NCBI GenBank assembly: GCA_002269645.1
Contig: NIVC01004964.1
Coordinates: 1 to 29,974 of the forward strand
Length of the DNA: 29,974 bases
Direction of reading: 5' to 3'
Source of the DNA: Macrostomum lignano
Lineage: Eukaryota
This document shows positions 22,370 to 29,974 of this stretch, piece by piece (the first letter of the stretch is position 1; each line of letters starts with the position of its first letter). The position numbers and the translations under genes are program-made. Below the pieces are notes generated by a model. It worked only from the letters and a program-made list of their open reading frames with translations. It did no database searches and had not been told where the DNA came from.

Positions 22370-22720
22370 TGACCCCACTGACCCTCCTTATGATCCCACT
22401 GAGTCTCTCATGACCCCGGACTCTCCCATGACCCCGACTGAGTCTCCCATGTCCCCCACTGACTTATTGAATGAATTACCCCACCGACTCTCGAACATCA
22501 CTGACTCTCCCATGACCCACTGACTCTCCCATGACCCCAAGGACTCTCCTTTATGACCCCTTTGAGTCTCCCATGACTCCATTGAGTCTTCCATGACCCC
22601 ACTGACTCTCCCATGACCCCACTGACTCTCCCATGACCCGACTGACCCAACTAGATTCTCTATGACCTCAGCAATCCCCCTTTTACCTTACTGACTGATC
22701 AAATGTAAAAGGTCCCAATA
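22370..22720 (+). repeat. Degenerate 20-bp minisatellite CCATGACCCCACTGACTCTC
   Basis: Directly visible. Confidence 0.9.
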
Positions 22721-23836
22721 ACTCCATTAACTGACTCCGTCACACAACTCCCGCACTAAACTGCATGTTTTTCTGACTACTCAATTTACTATCTCCACTC
22801 CCCAACTATTCACCAACTCTCATGCTCAATCTCAATCTATAGACAACTGAAGTAGCTACTCGATTTTTATTAGAAATCGATCCATACGTTCTTTACCGTG
22901 GCCTCCTTGCTCATTTCCAAGAAACTCGAGTTGTACTTCAGTGTGTTCACGACTTAATCAAGCCCCAGCAACACCTTATTCATGTACATAACTACTGTAC
23001 CAATCCTTGTGACTGCAGACTGCATTCCAATTAACGGCCGCAGATTTTAGCTCTCCGAGTTCTCTTTTTTTAGCAGACACTTGCGCGTACACTAAATTGT
23101 TATATTCTGCCAGCTGCAAGCAAGGACGGCTGCACTGTGTCTGTAGCCAGGCACTTAAAATTGCTGTACGTGCTGTATGTGCCTGTGTGTACGAGTCAGT
23201 AACAGAACTTCCCTATGTATGTAGGTACAATTCTGGCGCAGACGTACAATTGTTAACAAGTGTAAGCCCTCCTCCATACCACTAAATCAATGACAGAAGA
23301 GGATAGCTAGAGGATATGAAAGATGCGAGAAGAAAGATAAGATCAATGCGATGAGAGAGAAGATAATAGCCGACCCCTCCATTTGAACCGAAAGACCAAC
23401 AAAACGAAAACGTTTCTTAAGCATTTTTAATAAAACAATTATAAATTGAGGCAGTTTATACGTTTTTGTTATAGTTTTTATTTTCAGCTTGTTTTTTTAT
23501 TTTTTTGACTAAGTTTTTTACGACGATTAAACAGAAGTGTTAAAAAAACAATGAATGAGCTTAGTTGATGAATGATTAATGACATGATATAGTTTCGCAA
23601 ATCCATCGAATACATACTGACACTAAACTTCCAATTACAAAGCCCAGTGGCTTGTAGCCTATGGTACAAATTGAATATACAGTTTAACTTCGAATTAAAA
23701 CAAATAGTATGGCAAACTTTTTGTTGAAGCAAATATACAAACGAATAAATGAGATCGCGCGGTGAAGTGAAAGTGGATAATAAAAGACAAGACACGCCAG
23801 AAGAATTGTCTTTTAAACTCTCATTTGTGCTTGCTT

Positions 23837-24223
23837 TTAGTTGGCCGGCTTCTTTTGCTGCTGTTGCTGCTGCTGGCCGTGACTCTTCCGCTTCTGCAGC
23901 TGGCCCATCCGGCAGACCCGGTCACGGCAGGCCTGGCACGTGGCCGAATTGTGCTCCTTCTTCGGATGGCCCATTCGACGGTCTACGCGCTTCCTGTGGG
24001 CCGGCATGCCGTAGTAGAGGTGGCCGACTTGATGGTACAGGTTCTCGATGACCTTCTCAACCTCCTCCTGGTACCAGATGGCGTGCTCATAGTACTGACT
24101 ATTGCAGTCGGTGCACTTCTGGCCGTACAGCTTGAAATGAACGTAGCCCTCGTTCTTGGCGTCGTCTTTGTACACCCAGAAGACCACTTGGCCGCCCATG
24201 CTAGTCCAGGCTTTTTGGCATTT
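23837..24223 (-). CDS. 3CxxC zinc-finger (RTP/ZAR1-like) gene, exon 3 of model complement(join(23837..24223,24384..24552,24704..25143)), 331 aa
   Basis: Acceptor TTTACAG| then KCQKAWTSMGGQVVFW...GYVHFKLYGQKCTDC...WYQEEV...HNSATCQACRDRVC. This is the zf-3CxxC pattern (C-x2-C..W-T-S, GQ-x-C-x2-C, H...C-x2-C). Stop at 23837-23839. Confidence 0.88.
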   Translation of the reverse strand, partial: KCQKAWTSMGGQVVFWVYKDDAKNEGYVHFKLYGQKCTDCNSQYYEHAIWYQEEVEKVIENLYHQVGHLYYGMPAHRKRVDRRMGHPKKEHNSATCQACRDRVCRMGQLQKRKSHGQQQQQQQKKPAN

Positions 24224-24383
24224 CTGTAAATAAACAAATTTAAATCTACTGTTAGTAGGCGTCGTAGCATATAAACGGATTTTTTTCTCAAAACAAAAAA
24301 GTTTTTAATCTAGCAAACTTATTTGTGTATTTTATTGCAAAATGAAGATAGAAATGAAAGAGAAACAAAAGCTCAGCACTTAC

Positions 24384-24552
24384 GTAGCAGATGAAGCGGA
24401 CTTTGGCCTGATCTTTGAAGTAGCGCCACTGATTCCTGGGGATGCCAGTGTTGTCAACGTCCGGCGGGTCGAACACCGGGAATAGGTGCCAGCTACCGAA
24501 CGAAAATCGGCTGAAAAAATCCACGAAGCGTTCGTGCCAGACGATTTCCATT
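24384..24552 (-). CDS. 3CxxC zinc-finger gene, exon 2 (MEIVWHERF...WRYFKDQAKVRFICY)
   Basis: Acceptor TCTTTCAG| (phase 2) and donor TAC|GTAAGT (phase 0). Splicing creates the first CxxC (RFICY|KC). Confidence 0.88.
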
Positions 24553-24703
24553 CTGAAAGATTGAAGATAATTTAAATTTATTGAAGTTGATTTAGTTTTA
24601 AAGTAGGATCTCAAGTTAATAATAATAGTAAAGAATTCGCGGTTTAGCTATGTGTACTATCGATACATATCGGCAGAGAATAAGTAATTGAGAAAATACT
24701 TAC

Positions 24704-25143
24704 TGTTGGCTAAGCGCCATGTCCACCGGCCTGGGCCCGGCGATACGGAATCCGGCCAGATCCTCGGCCAGCTGGCTAGCATCGGCGTCAGGCGATTCTG
24801 GCCGAGCGGAGTCGCACGGCGAAGCGGCTCGACTGGGCGAGGACTGCGCCTGGATCGAATTGCTGTCCGAATCTTTGTCCTCGCTCTCGTAGCCCGGATC
24901 GGGGCGACGCTGCTGAGGCTGTTGCATCGGCGACGACATTGCAGGCGAAATCAGCGCGGACGACTGCAGCGGCGCTGGTGGCGGTGGCGCCGAAAACGCG
25001 GACATCGGCATCGGCACTGACATCGTCGGCATTGGTGGCGAAGGTAGACAGCAGAACGGCGGCGGTGGCACGCTAAAGTCAAGGCCGTGAGGCGGCGGTG
25101 GCACAGAGATATTCACTGGGTGCTGGTAGCCGTAAGTCGACAT
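24704..25143 (-). CDS. 3CxxC zinc-finger gene, exon 1 (Pro/Ser/Asp-rich low-complexity N-terminus, MSTYGYQHPVNISVPPPP...)
   Basis: ATG at 25143 (ATAATG; the ORF-track start at 25158 is TTG). Donor CA|GTAAGT at 24703, phase 2, matches exon 2. Confidence 0.8.
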
Positions 25144-25249
25144 TATATTGTTAGGCAAGTAAAAATGATATTCGCAGCAGAGCTTGCTTAAGTTTGCTTA
25201 GGAGTTGCTTTTGGCTTGAAGGGCCTCTGGCTGCCAGCCGGGGATCTTG

Positions 25250-25457
25250 TTATATAGGCCCCCTGATTCGAGGGGCAGTCTATTTTTAGAACTGAGTCAA
25301 CCCAAAGCAACGTAAGAAACACGTTGGCAGAATGGGGCCCGATTCCACTGTACTGCAGGGCGGGGGTTGAAGGCGAATCCTCGACCTAAGGAAAATTCTA
25401 GAATTTTGGCATCTATTTTTAGGTCAGTGGATACTATTCGTCAGATTCTATTTTTAG
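25250..25457 (-). promoter_or_regulatory. Proximal promoter of the 3CxxC gene: TATA box, three MEF2-consensus sites, AP-1 site, GC box
   Basis: TATATAA on minus at 25256-25250 (~110 bp upstream of the ATG); CTATTTTTAG at 25280, 25413 and 25448; TGAGTCA at 25293-25299; GGGCGG at 25358. Confidence 0.6.
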
Positions 25458-26685
25458 CATCACGCTTCAGTAGAGGAGAGAAATAACCACGGCTTTCCCC
25501 TGGACTCGCCATTGGTTTGCAAGTAGAAGCAAGTCGCCACACGCGAGGGTATGAGAAGAACGGGGTTGGTTGGCGCCCACCCCCTCCGCATGCGCGCCAC
25601 CGCACATTGCAAGTTCATTTGGTTCAGTTCAGTGGGGTTGGTCACGCGAGAGTGGAGTGAGAAAAAGTAGAGAGGAAAGGCGGGAGGGCAACTGCATGGC
25701 CAGGGTCGTCATTCAAGTTCGCTGTGTCATTCAATTTCTGAAACAAAATAAAAGGGAACTTCCACCTCAGTGGCATTAAAATAAAGTTTAACTGAAATGA
25801 AACGGAGGCGTGCCAAGTGCCAACTAATACAGTGTGGTTAGATCAGATTAAGGCATGGACAGTTAAATGAGTGTTTAAAACAGATTATACGGTACGCATG
25901 CGATGCGCATTTGTAAAAAGTTTATGATAGAAATGACAAACTAATTAATGGTTGCAAGTTTTCGAAGTTTAATTTGAACTTCGAACGTTTAGGTGCAATG
26001 AAGCTTTTCAGTTGGTCTGGTCTAGATTCGGAACGGATAATAATAGAATAACAGAAAGTCTCGTGATCCCATCCCAATCCCTTAGCAACACATATTTAGT
26101 TATCTAAATCCCTTACAGCGTGACATCCCCATTTTTCCCAGTTGATCCCCATTCCCCATTCAATACTGCACTTACGTTAAGTCAGCTGATTTTTTGGTGC
26201 AGGGGAATAGCGGATAGGAAATGCAGACAGAAGGGTATATAATTACTGTACATTAGCCATTTTGGTATAAGCCATAAAAATATTGTAATCCACTCAATAA
26301 GTGTATTCATGACAGGATAATATCAGTTATTAAAATTTACTAGATAGTTATTGCTTTCATGACGAATAAAAAGGAACTTTTTCCAAGTTTAGTTTTAGTT
26401 CCTTATTCTAAGGAACAGATACAAATATTTCCACGCCATCATTAGTTCCGTGTTGGCCCACCCCAAACCTGCCCGCCCTTCCTCCTCACGGTAGATTTCT
26501 TAGAAATCATGAAATCAGCTCAAGGTCATAAAATGTTTCTAGTAGAGTTAGCTAGCTGTACGCGACATTTTGTTGTCTGGGCGGGAGGCCATGAATTCCT
26601 CTTTCCAACTCTCCCTCAAGTGACAAATCCGAAGTGATCAACTTGACCAATGTACATGCTGGCCATAAACACACCAATGTACAAT

Positions 26686-26695
26686 CTATTTTTAG
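26686..26695. promoter_or_regulatory. Fourth identical MEF2-consensus site CTATTTTTAG
   Basis: Exact match to YTA(W)4TAR, ~1.5 kb upstream of the 3CxxC start codon. Confidence 0.35.
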
Positions 26696-27448
26696 ATCTG
26701 GACGCACCCCCTCTGTCTGTCCACGCGCCAGCAGATAGAAACGGAGTGACTTGGGGGTAAGTTTCATATGTTAGACGGCGTGTCATTTCACGCTGGAACT
26801 TATGCGTCACTGTACGCCCTGAGCTGGCTCAGTTGGCCCTCGCTCTGCTGCGTACGTAATGTGTACGTGTACTGTCTGTCTGTCTGATTGTGGAGAGTAA
26901 GCCAAATGAAATTTCCTACGAAAACATTTGAGTTATAATACAGCTAAGCCAAACAGCCTACTAATCGTTTTCTTGTTTGTTCAGTAGGCTTCAGGGGTCA
27001 CGTCACGTCACGTGTCAAAAATTGAAATATCGAAATCAATAATTAGGAAATGCATGTACGGCAGCTAAACCCTGGATTTATTTTTACAAATCCAGTCCAC
27101 CAGAAACACAGACAAGCTCATGATTAGTCGGAACAGAATGGTAGATTTCTGTATTAGCGTATTAGCGATGTGTATTAGCGATAGGATAAGCAGAGAAAAT
27201 TCGAGAGGGTAAAACAAGAAGGGTCACACTCACATGCAATGACAAGGCATTCCTGTCTTTCGTTAAGTGTCTTTTCCGGATCGCTTTCACAAGACCGAAC
27301 TTTCACATCGTGGAAAACTTGATATAACAAGGACCCTGCACCCCCAAAAATACACCCAAATTTGTGTTTAGGAGCGCGGAGTTCTAAAACAGTAATTTTT
27401 CAAACTTTTTACACAACCATTTAATTGGCTTCAGTTCTCCTTCAGTTC

Positions 27449-28432
27449 AGGAGAGAAGAGGAGAGGAGAGGAGAGGAGAGGAGAGGAGAGGAGAGGAGAG
27501 AAGAGGAGAGGAGAGGAAGAGGAGAGGAGAGGAGAGAAGAGGAGAGGAGAGGAGAAGAGAGTAGAGGAGAGTAGAGTAGAGTGGAAGAGAGTAGAGTAGA
27601 GTAGAGTAGAGTAGAGGAGAGGATAGAGAGAGAGAGGAGAGGAGAGGAGAGGAGAGGGAGAGGAGAGGAGAGGAGAGGAGAGGAGAGGAGAGGAGAGGAG
27701 AGGAGAGGAGAGGAGAGGAGAGAGAGGAGAGAGGAGAGAGGAGGAGGAGAGGACAGAGGAGAGGACAGAGGAGAGGAGAGGAGAGGAGAGGAGAGAAGAG
27801 GAGAGGAGAGGAGAAGAGAGGAGAGAAGAGGAGAGGAGAGAAGAGGAGAGGAGAGGAAGAGGAGAGGAGAGAAGAGGAGAGGAGAGGAGAGGAGAGAAGA
27901 GGAGAGGAGAAGAGAGTAGAGGAGAGTAGAGTAGAGTGGAAGAGAGTAGAGTAGAGTAGAGGAGAGGATAGGAGAGAGGGGAGAGAGGAGAGGAGAGGAG
28001 AGGGGAGGAGAGGAGAGGAGAGGAGAGGAGAGGAGAGGAGAGAGGGGAGAGGAGAGGAGAGAGGGGAGAGGAGAGGGAGAGGGGAGAGGGGAGAGGAGAG
28101 GAGAGGAGAGGAGAGGAGAGAGGGGAGGAGAGGAGAGAGGGGAGGAGAGGACAGAGGAGAGGACAGAGGAGAGGACAGAGGAGAGGAGAGGAGAGGAGAG
28201 AAGAGGAGAGGAGAGGAGAGGAGAGAAGAGGAGAGGAGAGGAGAGAAGAGTAGAGGAGAGGAAGAGGAGAGGAGAGGAGAGAAGAGAAGAGGAGAGGAGA
28301 GGAGAGAAGAGGAGAGGAGAAGATAGTAGAGGAGAGTAGAGTAGAGTGGAAGAGAGTAGAGTAGAGTAGAGTAGAGTAGAGTAGAGGAGAGGATAGGAGA
28401 GAGGGAGAGGAGAGGAGAGAGAGAGGGGAGAG

Positions 28433-28463
<31 letters not shown>

Positions 28464-28645
28464 GGGAGAGGAGAGGAGAAGAGAGTAGAGGAGAGTAGAG
28501 TAGAGTAGAGTAGAGGAGAGGAGAGGATAGGAGAGAGGAGAGGAGAGAGAGGAGAGAGGGGGGAGAGGACAGAGGAGAGGAGAGAGGGGAGGAGAGGACA
28601 GAGGAGAGGAGAGAGGGGAGAAGATAGGAGATTAGAGAGAAGACA
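27449..28645 (+). repeat. (AGAGG)n/(AGAGT)n polypurine satellite, ~1.2 kb, with internal duplicated blocks
   Basis: Directly visible. Confidence 0.97.
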
Positions 28646-28669
28646 GCTGAGAAGAGACAAACCTTAGGA

Positions 28670-28751
28670 GGGCCGGATTGCTATTGTAAAGTTTCAAAGG
28701 ACCCGAGGGCCGTATAGAGAGGCTTTGCGGGCCGGAGTTTTCCGACCCCTG
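28670..28751 (-). mobile_element. Terminal fragment of a Charlie-type hAT MITE
   Basis: The minus strand reads CAGGGGTCGGAAAACTCCGGCCCGC, close to the recalled MER58/Charlie terminus CAGGGGTCGGCAAACTACGGCCCGC, followed by further GGCCC motifs. No partner TIR or TSD found. Confidence 0.5.
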
Positions 28752-29394
28752 AGTTAAACAAAGCAAGAAAGCAGCATAAGATAAAAACGTAAATTCAAAA
28801 TAAAATAGAAATAGATGTAGGCAAGTGGAAAGGACAATAAAGGGTGTCACACTTTGAGTTTTTGTTTAGAAGCAGCTAAACATACCGGATAGCAAATCTA
28901 GCTCTAATCAATTGATACATTATATATTATCAGTTGTCACAATGCATCTCCAGCAAGCCGCATATTTCGACCTTCCTACTTACAGTAAGCTACAATGATA
29001 ACGAACCGAAATTAAGATAGTTAAAGCCGATGGAAGTCTACTCTTAAAAATAGTTTTTCTGAAGTAAAACAAAGGACAATTGCTTGTGCGGCGTTTTGAA
29101 TTTTGTATTTTGTCGAACATAAAAAATGAAATCGAAACACACAACACATGTTAACAATAGAAACTTTTTATTAATGCTATTACCAGTTTATGAGTTTTTA
29201 CCAATGTTTATTGTACCCGTTATATGGACAATATTAGATTTGAATTATTTACTAAATATATTAAGCAATTTCGACTACAATTAAAATAAGGAAAAAATGC
29301 TAAAATATGATAAGAAAGAATTGGTACTTTTAATGCACTAATTGCCTCGGTTCACTAGAGTGGTTCAGCATGTAACACTTTCCATATACTGAGT

Positions 29395-29974
29395 CTCTGG
29401 GAATTCTGAGCAAACAATAAATACCCCATGAGTCCCTGGGGGCTGGGCAATCTGAGAAATCAATAAATACCCCATGAGTCCCTGGGGCTGGGGCAATCTG
29501 ATAGATCAATAAATACCCCATGAGTCCCTGGGGCTGGGGCAATCTGAGAAATCAATAATACCCCATGAGTCCCTGGGCTGGCAATCTGATAGATCAATAA
29601 ATACCCCATGAGTCCCTGGGGGCTGGGGCAATCTGATAGATCAATAAATACCCCATGAGTCCCTGGGCTGGGGCAATCTGAGAAATCAATAAATACCCCA
29701 TGAGCCCTGGGGGCTGGGGAACTTGAGCAATCATAAATATCCCATGAGTCCCTTAGGACATTCTGAGAAATCAATAAAGACCTCATGAGTTTTTGGGAAA
29801 CATGAGAAATCAATAAATACCCTATAGAGTTTTTGGGAAAACCTGAGAAATTAATAAAATACCCCATGAGTTTTTGGGAAAACCTGAGCAATCAATAAAT
29901 ACCCCATGAATCCCTTAGGACAATCTGAGAAATCAATAAATGCCCAATAAGTCCCTTAGGACAATCTAAGAAAT
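29395..29974 (+). repeat. ~43-47-bp minisatellite AATCTGA(G/T)A(A/G)ATCAATAAATACCCCATGAGTCCCTGGGGCTGGGGC, running off the window end
   Basis: Directly visible; the unit tail changes from GGGCTGGGGC to TTAGGAC/TTTTGGGAA variants along the array. Confidence 0.94.

Noticed and set aside
23470-23790. CPE-like TTTTAAT/TTTTAT and AATAAA hexamers in the 3CxxC 3' region (minus strand)
   Set aside because: Expected by chance in very AT-rich DNA, and the transcript end is unknown.
24688-25020. 110-aa Arg-rich plus-strand ORF
   Set aside because: Antisense shadow of 3CxxC exon 1.
26992-28751. CAGGGGTC at 26992 as the left TIR partner of the Charlie-like end at 28751
   Set aside because: Only 8 bp match and the flanks (GTAGGCTT vs AGTTAAAC) show no TSD.
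2421-29974. Regularly spaced repeats as CRISPR arrays
   Set aside because: There are no unique spacers and no cas genes, and the context is eukaryotic with spliceosomal introns.

Overview
Eukaryotic (animal, invertebrate-like) genomic DNA. Roughly 45% by my hand tally is tandem repeat: about 20 separate micro- and minisatellite arrays and polypurine/polypyrimidine tracts, which explain almost all of the long ORFs in the six-frame track. GC-rich, poly-Gly/Ala/Gln coding islands among satellites are reminiscent of a flatworm such as Macrostomum, but that is an unverified impression. Three genes are supportable. (1) The last two exons of an RCC2/TD-60 homolog (+, <1..366 and 1466..1764), carrying about 5 single-base frameshifts (long-read error or pseudogene). 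(2) A divergent cAMP-dependent protein kinase inhibitor (PKI)-like ORF (+, 18134..18466, motif RRRRNAMHDL), possibly extended by two upstream phase-1 exons, with a ~500-bp foldback element (8-bp near-TSD) starting 49 bp after its stop. (3) An intact 3-exon 3CxxC zinc-finger (RTP/ZAR1-like) gene (-, 25143..23837, 331 aa, no TM helix). Its promoter has a TATA box, AP-1 and GC boxes and three identical MEF2-consensus sites, with a fourth further upstream. Also present are a complete hAT-like MITE, a Charlie-like terminus, and a dispersed CGATA-CA-TATCG palindrome that sits at intron positions +28..+44 in two unrelated genes. No prokaryotic features, tRNA/rRNA or CRISPR arrays are supported. All family assignments are from recalled motifs, not database searches.
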